Positions 8,828 through 16,870 of a stretch of 63,580 nucleotides of DNA are shown piece by piece. Both the position numbers and the translations under genes were made by a program. The stretch lies in IMG/VR virus record IMGVR_UViG_3300025284_000001, positions 1-63,580 of that record. One strand, written 5' to 3'. This DNA is from a virus. The notes beneath the pieces were generated by a model. That model ran no database searches. It had not been told where the DNA came from and was given only the letters and a program-made list of their open reading frames with translations. The stretch's first letter is position 1. The number at the start of each line of letters is the position of its first letter.

Positions 8828-9874
8828 TTAGTTTACCAACATCAAAGTTTTACTTATCTTAGTAGAATTGTAAACCATTGAGTTTATGGTATTTGAATCC
8901 CCGACATCGCACGGATCTTTACATCCCTCCGGATACACCACCTCCTTTAAAGTTACGAAACCATCGAGAAGCTCGATAGCCTTACGCTTCATCTCCTCGC
9001 CTGGCGCGTCATTGTCCGTGAACAATATGACCTCCTCGATACCACTACGAACGATCAAATCTCGCTTGGCCTCGTTGAACGCAGTTCCTCCGACAGCTAC
9101 CGCAGGGATTCCGCATGTCATGAGGAATGCCGAATCTATCGGAGCCTCTACTAGCGCTGCTCGTTTTACCTTCTTACGATAGATAACGTCAATCCCGTAC
9201 AACATGTTGCGGATCGGCATACCCTCGATGGGCTGTGCTGGCTCCTGTCCGCAAGCTTTGCAACGATATGTCACGTTATCTCGCGTTAGATGTCCGTGAC
9301 CGCACGATGGACATGCCTTCGCGAACCAGAACACCTTCGAGTTGACACTACGATACATGACGTTGCCGAGGCGACCATCCGGAAGGAACCACGGAATAGT
9401 TACGGCTTGTCTCACGCGATCATATCCGATGCGTAGCACTCGCTGGACTGCGTCGGAAATCCCACGCTGTTCCAGATACGGATGTCGATACGTGTATTGG
9501 TTGAGCAGGCGCATGTCTAACGGTCGACTCACGGTTTCGAGCGTCAACTTCGGCGGACTAAGCGTCAACTCCTCTTCGCTTGTCCACTCAGTCGCGTAGG
9601 TGTAACGTAAATATTCGGCAGTCTCTGCGTAACTCTCTCGTCGGAGAAACGACAGGAGCTTCGTAAAATCTCCGCGTCGCCACTCGTCATCTATTGCACC
9701 GCTATCGCCCCAATCGCCTGCCCTCGCATGGAATCGCGGATTGTCTTCGAGCCAAACATAAAATGAGGCCGAGGAATCGCCCGTACGAAACGGTGAACTT
9801 GCGGTAAACTTGTCGGATGACCAGCTAGGATTGTCCCATTGATATTGTTCTATCTCGACGATTATATTATTAAT
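8828..9874 (-). CDS. DNA primase (TOPRIM) with N-terminal primase-type domain; proposed ATT start
   Basis: TOPRIM ALVEAPIDSA and ILFTDNDAPGEE; inserted CxxC...CxxC ribbon; frame stays open upstream of track start 9568 (..SPFRTGDSSASFYVWLEDNPRFHARAGDWGD..) with no ATG/GTG/TTG; AGAGGTGA then ATT at 9874. Confidence 0.7.
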   Translation of the reverse strand: MNNIIVEIEQYQWDNPSWSSDKFTASSPFRTGDSSASFYVWLEDNPRFHARAGDWGDSGAIDDEWRRGDFTKLLSFLRRESYAETAEYLRYTYATEWTSEEELTLSPPKLTLETVSRPLDMRLLNQYTYRHPYLEQRGISDAVQRVLRIGYDRVRQAVTIPWFLPDGRLGNVMYRSVNSKVFWFAKACPSCGHGHLTRDNVTYRCKACGQEPAQPIEGMPIRNMLYGIDVIYRKKVKRAALVEAPIDSAFLMTCGIPAVAVGGTAFNEAKRDLIVRSGIEEVILFTDNDAPGEEMKRKAIELLDGFVTLKEVVYPEGCKDPCDVGDSNTINSMVYNSTKISKTLMLVN

Positions 9875-9880
9875 TCTTTC

Positions 9881-10312
9881 TCACCTCTTTTTGAGTATGG
9901 ACCTTTTTCTTGCTGTGAAAAAGTCACACATTTCATCGGCGATTAGTTCAATTTCTTTATAACTGAGACCTTCTTCATTTTGTACTAACCAATTAACTAT
10001 ATTTCTCTTCATAGACACTTCTATTCTGTAATCAGAGGTTGATTCTTTTATCATTGGGAACGATCCAGGGTACAGATGCTTGAACTCGCTGATATCATCG
10101 CTGACGAAAGTGCTATATATCTTTTCGATCTCATCATTCGTGAAGTGCAACGCACTCAAAATCGCCATTAATGTGTTGGATGCGGGTCTGCTGTCCCCTC
10201 TTTCGATTTTACTTAATTGAGAATGACTGATAGAGGCCAAAACAGCAACATCCCTCAACGATAGCCCTAAATCAATTCTTCTTTTCCTTATAATCTCTCC
10301 AACTTCATGCAT
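9881..10312 (-). CDS. XRE-family HTH regulator with C-terminal domain (repressor-like)
   Basis: Start trimmed to ATG 10312 (GGAGGAACCAAGAAT upstream); RIDLGLSLRDVAVLASISHSQLSKIERGD; visibly AT-rich. Confidence 0.7.
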   Translation of the reverse strand: MHEVGEIIRKRRIDLGLSLRDVAVLASISHSQLSKIERGDSRPASNTLMAILSALHFTNDEIEKIYSTFVSDDISEFKHLYPGSFPMIKESTSDYRIEVSMKRNIVNWLVQNEEGLSYKEIELIADEMCDFFTARKRSILKKR

Positions 10313-10351
10313 ATTCTTGGTTCCTCCAAAGAAACATCTAAGGTTTATTTG

Positions 10352-10380
10352 ATAATACACCAATGAGTGTTATTTGTAAA
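10352..10380 (-). promoter_or_regulatory. sigma-A-type promoter TTTACA-17-TATTAT for the 9881..10312 regulator
   Basis: -10 overlaps one of three (GA)TAATACA half-sites (10351-59, 10400-08, inverted 10430-36). Confidence 0.45.
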
Positions 10381-10551
10381 TACAATAAGTGTTTCTTTAG
10401 ATAATACAACTCAATTTAAATTTGTTGATTGTATTACTTTTTACAAGCTTATTTGAGCTTATAGTTCCCTAAAGACCTGTAATATCGCCTATTACTGGCA
10501 CTATTCTTGCATCACTTCATCCCGATCCTGCATCGTTAGTCTTCAAAAACA

Positions 10552-11895
10552 TTAGGGGGAAAATTGGAATCGTTCCGCAGTTTCCTCGACACTATTTTCT
10601 TTGAGTACTCCGTAATCAAGTAACGCGATTAACTCAAGAACCACGTCCTCCGCACCGTTCCTTCCTTTTTCGACTCCTAACTTTGCTAACCCGTCGACTG
10701 AGTCAAACGAGAACAGGTTGGTTGCTATCTCCACCACGGCCTTGGTCGTCTTTACGCGGTCGCGAGTCGGTAGTACAATCTCTCGCTTCTCTTCTTCTGT
10801 CCTCTTTTTCTCGTCAATTGTTGCTTGTATCGTGTATATCCCGACAACATCGTACTCACCGATGATCCACTCTAATTTGCGAGCTGCGTAATCGGCTGCA
10901 CCACCTGTCACGTTATTTGCGTTTCTCCCATAAACATCCGATAAGCTATAGAAAGGATCGATAACTACGACATCAATCTCCGGATTGAGCTGCAATTCTT
11001 GCTCTAGCTCGCGCAAGGAGCGCGTGAGTTCGGGATCGCCTTTCGCTTGTAAATATAATTTTCCGGGATAATACTCGTTGATCCTATCGAGCATTTCGAT
11101 AAAGTATTGTTCGAGTTCCTCATCGAGCTTCCCCGTCAATATCGCCTTATTTGGCAGTCCTACAACTTGCGAAGTATCGTCCATAGTGATGACACCGTCC
11201 TCCGCAGTCATTACGGAAATCAATCTAGATAACCATCCATATGCTTTAACTTCGAATGATTTTACGAACACATTCGCGCCTTGACGTAGTAGTGAATCGA
11301 TAAACTTTATCGTGAGGTATGTCTTACCACGTCCTGACTCAGCCATAACACCGTAGATATCGCCTGAGAACAGTCCACCTATCTCGGTATTCAACGTATT
11401 AAACGGTGTTTTCCACATCTTGAAAGACTTACCTTCCTTGCGCCGTTGATACTCGGTTTTGATTAATGTTCCTAAATCTTCGAATGTGTTCGCAATTTTA
11501 GTGCGAACGTGTGTTCTTAGTATAATCTCTTCCGCTCGCTTTTTCAATAATTCGGCAGCCGTAATTCCGTCATTTTCTTCAAATATTTGCTTAGATTCTT
11601 GCTCTATAAGCTTCTTTGTTTGAAGCTTCGCGGAAAATGACTTGATCTGACGCGCCATATACTCAAATGAGTCTGTCACGTCTGGAATGTACATTATATC
11701 CGGATTCTCCGCTTGGAACGTCGCGTATGACGGTGCTTGTCCGCGATTCTGTTCGGAATATTCGCGAATGAATCGATACGCCTTACGTTCGGCCTCCGTC
11801 GGAAAGTCGGACTCTTCAATGCCGAATCGGACGAACGCTTGGACGTCGTTGTTGTCTACAACTTTCGAGAACATCTGTTCACCGTAATTTGCCAC
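10552..11895 (-). CDS. dnaB: DnaB-like replicative helicase
   Basis: Start trimmed to GTG 11895 (AAGGAGGA RBS); Walker A MAESGRGKTY, Walker B DVVVIDPF. Confidence 0.85.
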   Translation of the reverse strand: MANYGEQMFSKVVDNNDVQAFVRFGIEESDFPTEAERKAYRFIREYSEQNRGQAPSYATFQAENPDIMYIPDVTDSFEYMARQIKSFSAKLQTKKLIEQESKQIFEENDGITAAELLKKRAEEIILRTHVRTKIANTFEDLGTLIKTEYQRRKEGKSFKMWKTPFNTLNTEIGGLFSGDIYGVMAESGRGKTYLTIKFIDSLLRQGANVFVKSFEVKAYGWLSRLISVMTAEDGVITMDDTSQVVGLPNKAILTGKLDEELEQYFIEMLDRINEYYPGKLYLQAKGDPELTRSLRELEQELQLNPEIDVVVIDPFYSLSDVYGRNANNVTGGAADYAARKLEWIIGEYDVVGIYTIQATIDEKKRTEEEKREIVLPTRDRVKTTKAVVEIATNLFSFDSVDGLAKLGVEKGRNGAEDVVLELIALLDYGVLKENSVEETAERFQFSP

Positions 11896-12050
11896 TGTTT
11901 TCCTCCTTAGCGCATAGTAACGATAACATACTAGATAATTGAAGGTCAACACCAAAAACACAAGATGTTGATTTCTAGATATCGTAATAACGATATATTG
12001 AGATTCTTTTCTCATTATTCACGGCAAAACACTCATTATTAAAGAAAAAA

Positions 12051-12788
12051 TTACCTAATTCCGCGCTTGCTCTCGCCTTTAAACGGAACGACCATCGTCA
12101 TGTCCCGAATTCGATCCGCAAGTCGCGGGTCTAATATGCGTTTCAACTCTTCGATAGTTACGTTGCTCGTATAGATCGTCACCATTCCGTTCGCGACTCG
12201 ATGGTTTATAACCGCGTGTAAATCACCACGGAATCCATCCGTATATTCCCGAACGCCGAGATCATCCATGATGATGAACGGAGCTGCCTTCGCGTGTTTC
12301 ATTCTCCGGTAGTATTCGCGTGATGCCGGTTCAGCCACAGAATCCGGAACATGTTTCCGATTGAACGTGTTGTAAAGCTCCTGCCACTCGTTCACATCGA
12401 GAAAATACGCAGGCCGTTCGAGCGGCCGCTTTCCGCGTTGTACCGAACCAACGTAGTGAACGATGAGCCATTCGTTGAGCAACGCAGCGGCCGTCGTTGT
12501 CTTCCCCGTACCAGGCTCGCGACTGAACAAGTACATCGACTTGATTCGTTCGCCATCCGGTTCGAACTGGCGTGAGAACGTCGGCACATACGCGCTCTCT
12601 AAAATCCGATACGCTTCCGATTGCTCTTCGCGTGCTGGTGAAGTACCGAGCGTCACATTGCGATACTCTGACGGCACGCCTGCCGCGCCTACTCGTCCGC
12701 CATTTCCGGAATGTCCGTGAGTAGCGATATACGACGAGCATAAGCGCGTGCATTGTTCGGTTCCTGCGAGTTTGCACACTCGCGACAA
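12051..12788 (-). CDS. DnaC/IstB-like AAA+ helicase loader
   Basis: 245 aa; Walker A SREPGTGKTT, Walker B FIIMDDLG; Cys-rich N-terminus. Confidence 0.8.
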   Translation of the reverse strand: MSRVCKLAGTEQCTRLCSSYIATHGHSGNGGRVGAAGVPSEYRNVTLGTSPAREEQSEAYRILESAYVPTFSRQFEPDGERIKSMYLFSREPGTGKTTTAAALLNEWLIVHYVGSVQRGKRPLERPAYFLDVNEWQELYNTFNRKHVPDSVAEPASREYYRRMKHAKAAPFIIMDDLGVREYTDGFRGDLHAVINHRVANGMVTIYTSNVTIEELKRILDPRLADRIRDMTMVVPFKGESKRGIR

Positions 12789-12804
12789 AAGGCAATTTCC
12801 TGCG

Positions 12805-12993
12805 TTACTTATGGTCGCTCACCTCGCTTGGTTTCATTGATTTTAGGCGATCGTGCCACTCTCGCAGCTTTGCGTTGAGTCTTTCCATCTTCTCGATATT
12901 CGTGTCATAAAGCGCGTCAAAAATTAAAGTAGTGTAACTTAACTGTTCTCGATAGCAATAATCCCACTCAGCTTCCGATAATGGTTGCCCCAA
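12805..12993 (-). CDS. hypothetical protein (62 aa)
   Basis: ORF track; packed in operon. Confidence 0.5.
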   Translation of the reverse strand: MGQPLSEAEWDYCYREQLSYTTLIFDALYDTNIEKMERLNAKLREWHDRLKSMKPSEVSDHK

Positions 12994-13162
12994 GACTCCA
13001 CGCTCCTTCTCGTTCTTCTTTCGTCATGCCTGCCGTTGTATACGACGCGCACCGATTGCTCGTCCATATAGGCGCGAGCATATCCGGCGTGTGTCGTTTA
13101 CCTGTGCACGATACAATAGCTTTCCCGTGTGCCGCCGCTTGGATCGCGTCAAGTAATTTCAC
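12968..13162 (-). CDS. hypothetical protein (64 aa)
   Basis: ORF track; GTGA overlap with upstream mini-ORF. Confidence 0.5.
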   Translation of the reverse strand: MKLLDAIQAAAHGKAIVSCTGKRHTPDMLAPIWTSNRCASYTTAGMTKEEREGAWSLGATIIGS

Positions 13163-13287
13163 TTCGAATCACCTCGCAAGTTAGCGAGAATCACACACCG
13201 GTTACAATACGCCGCGCTTCCGTCCATAAATCGAAGCAACGTTCTTGTTCCGCAACATGCGCACTTGTATCGTTTAATTTTGATCAT
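13159..13287 (-). CDS. small zinc-ribbon protein (42 aa)
   Basis: ATG 13287 after GAGGTGA; MIKIKRYKCACCGTRTLLRFMDGSAAYCNRCV (CxxC...CxxC). Confidence 0.45.
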   Translation of the reverse strand: MIKIKRYKCACCGTRTLLRFMDGSAAYCNRCVILANLRGDSK

Positions 13288-13460
13288 CCGCTCACCTCTC
13301 GTTGGCCGCCCCGTCCGTTGCCGCGAACAGGGCGGTGATTATCCGTTAATGCCGTTGCTTGTTCGGCACTAGATTGCTCGGTATTACCTTAGAATACTTA
13401 TTTTCCGCTGTAAACAGACGTTGTATCGAAAGGACGGATTTCATGTCTGAAAGGACAAAA

Positions 13461-13859
13461 TCACAACCAATTCGCCAACTCCGCATAGTCCAACGGAGCC
13501 TCCTCGACTTCCTGCGCCTGTCCCATTTCCGCTTGCAACTTCGGAATGATCACGTTTATCCGATAGCTTATCGCGAACCCTGCGGTCAACAACGGATATT
13601 CCCTCGTCGGCCGATAAGTCCGGAAGCATTCGTCGAACGCGCGATGAAGCAATTCGGCTCCGTGATCGTTCAGCGCTTGCTTAATGCGGCCTTGCTCGAA
13701 GCGCCAGTTCCGCATCGGAAGGTATTCGGACACTCCGTAATGCTCCCGATTCATATCCGCGAAATAGGCATGTACCGAATGTGTATTCCACTGGTCATAC
13801 GGAAGATTGCGCCAGTCCTTTCGTTGTTCTGCGGTGATTCGTGGTTTCTTTGTTGCCAT
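13461..13859 (-). CDS. hypothetical protein (132 aa) ending in LDYAELANWL
   Basis: ORF track; GGAGGTG RBS; C-terminal motif shared with the SSB-like protein. Confidence 0.65.
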   Translation of the reverse strand: MATKKPRITAEQRKDWRNLPYDQWNTHSVHAYFADMNREHYGVSEYLPMRNWRFEQGRIKQALNDHGAELLHRAFDECFRTYRPTREYPLLTAGFAISYRINVIIPKLQAEMGQAQEVEEAPLDYAELANWL

Positions 13860-14004
13860 CGTTCAGCACCTCCGTCATAAACTTTTCCGCTGCTTCGCGC
13901 CAACTCAACGATTGATGTCGCGGATTATCGAATAGCCATAGATTCATCCGCTGAATCTCATCTGCAGTCATCGAGATTTCTCCGGTTAGCCTGTCGATTG
14001 ACAC
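13795..14004 (-). CDS. hypothetical protein (69 aa)
   Basis: ORF track; overlaps next gene by 65 nt, so end or reality is uncertain. Confidence 0.4.
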   Translation of the reverse strand: MSIDRLTGEISMTADEIQRMNLWLFDNPRHQSLSWREAAEKFMTEVLNDGNKETTNHRRTTKGLAQSSV

Positions 14005-14134
14005 TGACGCAACGCCTCCTTTCCGTCCCTTGCATCATGTAATTCACCCACAATCGCCACTGCTGCTTTGTGCGCGGATTGCCAATCTACTCCCGTAGTT
14101 CGTTGGATTATGTCAATCAATCGAGCAATGTCCA

Positions 14135-14497
14135 CTAGGTATTCACCCCTTCGATATCAATATTTAGTGTATTGAGCGTAAATTTGATTCCGTCAGCGAA
14201 CGCACGATCCTCGATACTTATCTCGTATCCTCCGTTTCCCCGACGGTGAACGTCGAACTCTTCGCGAATAGTCGCGTGTACTCGTTGCTCCTCCGTCAGC
14301 TCGCGCTCGTATCCGTTCACTAGCGCGATTATTAGTGTGTCGAACGGGATTTCACGTAAAATCCTAGTCGCTTCGATATCGTATCGTTTCATATTTCGGC
14401 ATTCGAGAATTTGTTCATACGACCAATTCTTATCACTTCGTAAATACTCGATTACGTCTGCGACCTCATTCGGAATTGTCGGTTTCATTCGCTTCAT
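14135..14497 (-). CDS. hypothetical protein (120 aa)
   Basis: ORF track; GGGAGGATGAAGCGA upstream region. Confidence 0.6.
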   Translation of the reverse strand: MKRMKPTIPNEVADVIEYLRSDKNWSYEQILECRNMKRYDIEATRILREIPFDTLIIALVNGYERELTEEQRVHATIREEFDVHRRGNGGYEISIEDRAFADGIKFTLNTLNIDIEGVNT

Positions 14498-14611
14498 CCT
14501 CCCGTTTATTATCGTTTTGCTTTTCGTAGTGCTCGATGATATCGTTGATTGTTGCGAATTTCATGTCGTAAATTCTCCGTCATATAATAGTTGTACAGAA
14601 GTGTGGCGAAA

Positions 14612-14824
14612 TCACACGGCTTTTACGTTTAAGGTTCGGATAAAGTGTCGGAATTCGCACTCGTCCATATGCCGCTGTTCGTTACATTTCGTACAGCCAA
14701 TCGTATAAAACAGATCAAGGTCAGCGGATACTCCGTTATAGCTTTCGACCGTTCTCGTATCAACTAGATGCCAATCGTGCAAACAAATCGGAGAGGTTGC
14801 CTTCCGTTTGAACCAACGAAGCAT
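14612..14824 (-). CDS. hypothetical Cys/His-rich protein (70 aa)
   Basis: Track ORF 14612..14908 trimmed to ATG 14824 (GGAGGTG 8 nt upstream); ...CLHDWH...CTKCNEQRH. Confidence 0.5.
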   Translation of the reverse strand: MLRWFKRKATSPICLHDWHLVDTRTVESYNGVSADLDLFYTIGCTKCNEQRHMDECEFRHFIRTLNVKAV

Positions 14825-14882
14825 CACGCAACCACCTCCGTCACCATAATCCTCAATCGGCATGCCGCGGAATTTTATCAAT

Positions 14883-15254
14883 CTACTCACTCGCCGACTC
14901 CTCCTCACCGCTTACTCTCGCATAATCTGGACGAGGAATTAGCGCCTCTATCTCCGCCCGAATAGATTCCCCTAGTTCGCGGATAGAACGGCTAAATTCA
15001 CGTAAATTCTCCGCGTCCGACACGGCAACTGTCCGATAGATAACCGCCGTGATTGCTGTCGTCAGACCTCGCTCATTCAACGAGTAGAATCCGTCGTTCT
15101 CCCACGTTTCGTACGGAGTTGGATCGGCTCCTTCCGCGAATCGTTTCGTCCAATTCGGTGCTTTTGTTGGATCAACCATTTTGCGGACTTGCAGTATAAA
15201 TTGCGTGCCGTCGGATGTCAGGCGATAATCTTCAGTAATCGTAACGTTAATCAT
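14883..15254 (-). CDS. hypothetical protein (123 aa)
   Basis: ORF track; ATGA overlap with upstream gene. Confidence 0.6.
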   Translation of the reverse strand: MINVTITEDYRLTSDGTQFILQVRKMVDPTKAPNWTKRFAEGADPTPYETWENDGFYSLNERGLTTAITAVIYRTVAVSDAENLREFSRSIRELGESIRAEIEALIPRPDYARVSGEEESASE

Positions 15255-15544
15255 TTCGACTCCTCCTTCGTTAACTTTGCGATGCTAAGTACAGCGTATT
15301 GCTCTTCGACTGACTGTCTGATCCGCGGAATAATATTGTCCACCTTCGTAATTGCTTGCATCAAAATTTCGGTCTTACGTTGCTCTTTTTCGATCTGAGC
15401 GAGCAACACTTCGAAGATCGATTCGAGGTCATAAATTGGCGAAGCCGGAAGGAAAGCGCGGCCGGATCGATCAATCTCCTCGGAGTGTCTCATCACATCG
15501 AATGTCGAACGCATTTTCTCTCGGGCTAACTCAACGTTGAACAT
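15251..15544 (-). CDS. hypothetical protein (97 aa)
   Basis: ORF track. Confidence 0.6.
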   Translation of the reverse strand: MFNVELAREKMRSTFDVMRHSEEIDRSGRAFLPASPIYDLESIFEVLLAQIEKEQRKTEILMQAITKVDNIIPRIRQSVEEQYAVLSIAKLTKEESK

Positions 15545-15667
15545 TTAGCATGCTCCTTTCGTATTTGCGTGAAATTGTCGAGGAATTAGGCGTGCATCCT
15601 ACTCGGTAGACTCATTAGTCTCGCGAAGGATGAAGGCGGCTAATTCGACGGGAGTTTTGCGGTAGAA

Positions 15668-16003
15668 TCATGCGTTGATGCCTTCGATTAATTGACTGGT
15701 CGCGGTAAGTGCTTCGAGTACGCCAGCGCAATAACAACGAGCGCGACTATCTTCGGCTGACTCTGCCCATCGCTCGGCGTAATTCTCGCGAAGCACATCA
15801 ACCGGTGACTTCTCGACTTCCCATCCGTTCGTGAGTGCGGCGGCAAGCGTCATGATGTCGAGTCCGTTTAGCGCGCCCATCGGAGTGTACGCGAGCCAAC
15901 CGTTAGGATTCTGCGCGTGTTGGCGTAATACACCTGATTTTCCGTGAAAGACGAGAGCTGCGTTGAGTGATGCGGACTGTTCGGGAGTAAGCGTTGGTTT
16001 CAT
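15668..16003 (-). CDS. hypothetical protein (111 aa)
   Basis: ORF track; GAAGGAGGAATTAACG RBS. Confidence 0.6.
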   Translation of the reverse strand: MKPTLTPEQSASLNAALVFHGKSGVLRQHAQNPNGWLAYTPMGALNGLDIMTLAAALTNGWEVEKSPVDVLRENYAERWAESAEDSRARCYCAGVLEALTATSQLIEGINA

Positions 16004-16258
16004 CGTTAATTCCTCCTTCGTGAGTTAACGTATATTTGCGTTGCTTATGAGGCTGACGCCTCAAGCCTTCGTGTCTTTGACACTCGGCATCAACTATCGC
16101 GAACAAGTATCTATTACATACACCTTCGCGCGAGAATATATGTAAGGTATTTCCTTTTCTCAAATCGCCCGTGAGCAATAGTGCTTTTCTAGTGCGAGCG
16201 TATTATTTATGGTTCTTCTTAAAACATTAGTTCTAGTTAAAACCTTAGTTCTTCTTAC

Positions 16259-16308
16259 TGTGTAGCCGACGCCATGTGGCGTGCGTGCCGTGTGGCGTAG
16301 ACTACACA
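16259..16308. repeat. Origin-like element: 7-bp inverted repeat enclosing two 12-bp direct boxes
   Basis: TGTGTAG (16259-65) ... CTACACA (16302-08) around GCCATGTGGCGT (16271-82) and GCCGTGTGGCGT (16287-98); AT-rich tract with TTAGTTCT x2 at 16200-16258. Confidence 0.5.
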
Positions 16309-16315
16309 TGGTGGA

Positions 16316-16663
16316 TTATTTAGATTTGTCAAATATCGCAAGTCCGCTGATAGGAAGAACGGTGTATCGGTTGTTATCAAAAGCACCTCCTTTGCGGTCT
16401 TTCACGACGGTGACGACCGGTCGCCCATTCCAGCGGTAGTCCAACAGCTTTTTAATACGCCTACTCGCGGCTGTTCTGGACGTGCCTATCCCGCGTGCAA
16501 TTTGCGCCTGTGTCGGATAACATTCGCCCTTTGCGTTCATGTACGAAGCAATCGCGCATAACGTATGCCATCTCTCCGCACCCATGTCCGCGAGCAATCC
16601 GGATTTAACCGCGTCGACGTACATCTTCACGAAGATGCGCGTTTCGGAAGTTCCGGACATCAC
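16316..16663 (-). CDS. winged-helix DNA-binding protein (possible replication organiser)
   Basis: 115 aa; YPTQAQIARGIGTSRTAASRRIKKLLDY HTH; canonical GTG 16663 has no RBS; in-frame ATA at 16705 lies 6 nt after AAGGAGGTGA. Confidence 0.55.
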   Translation of the reverse strand: MMSGTSETRIFVKMYVDAVKSGLLADMGAERWHTLCAIASYMNAKGECYPTQAQIARGIGTSRTAASRRIKKLLDYRWNGRPVVTVVKDRKGGAFDNNRYTVLPISGLAIFDKSK

Positions 16664-16715
16664 GGAGTATTCTGTTTGCGATTCGATGCTGACTAGTTTA
16701 TCTATCGTTGTTCAC

Positions 16716-16759
16716 CTCCTTACTATATGTATGGCACCCACTTTGTTAAATTGGGACAT
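16716..16759 (-). promoter_or_regulatory. Conserved 45-bp upstream element, copy B
   Basis: Minus sense ATGTCCCAATTTAACAAAGTGGGTGCCATACATATAGTAAGGAGG; about three quarters identical to copy A, same length. Confidence 0.45.
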
Positions 16760-16828
16760 TAGAGTTTAATTTTTTTAACGTCTAATGAATAGTACCGACG
16801 AGAGAGTACGCGTTGGGCATTCGTGACG

Positions 16829-16864
16829 AAAAAAAATAAGCGCCGACCGAAATTGGCCGACGCT
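16829..16864 (-). terminator. Intrinsic terminator after the recombinase gene
   Basis: Minus sense AGCGTCGGCC-aatttc-GGTCGGCGCT (10 bp with 2 G-U) followed by TATTTTTTTT. Confidence 0.8.
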
Positions 16865-16870
16865 CTTCCG

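Noticed and set aside
9881-10363. An HTH-primase fusion protein made by TGA read-through; the two ORFs are in the same frame.
   Set aside because: Fusing a repressor-like HTH domain to a primase has no functional logic. A strong ribosome-binding site followed by ATT lies right after the stop codon. The shared frame has a 1-in-3 chance expectation. It remains an alternative in the primase finding.
10496-10511. A sigma-54 type -24/-12 promoter match: TGGCAC-N5-TTGCA.
   Set aside because: It is on the plus strand and points antisense into the 3' end of the helicase gene, with no downstream ORF. No enhancer-binding protein is encoded. Similar TGGCAC strings at 8413 and 16732 have the wrong GG-GC spacing. 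A chance match is likely.
10552-12015. The N-terminal extensions given by the longest-ORF track. Affected ORFs include 10552..12015, 55561..56421, 27106..28758, 28608..29105, 38807..39577, 35851..36492, 19501..20238 and 56342..56536.
   Set aside because: The extensions overlap upstream genes or lack ribosome-binding sites. Internal starts with GGAGG-type sites at 5-10 nt give compact, coupled genes, so I trimmed the coordinates.
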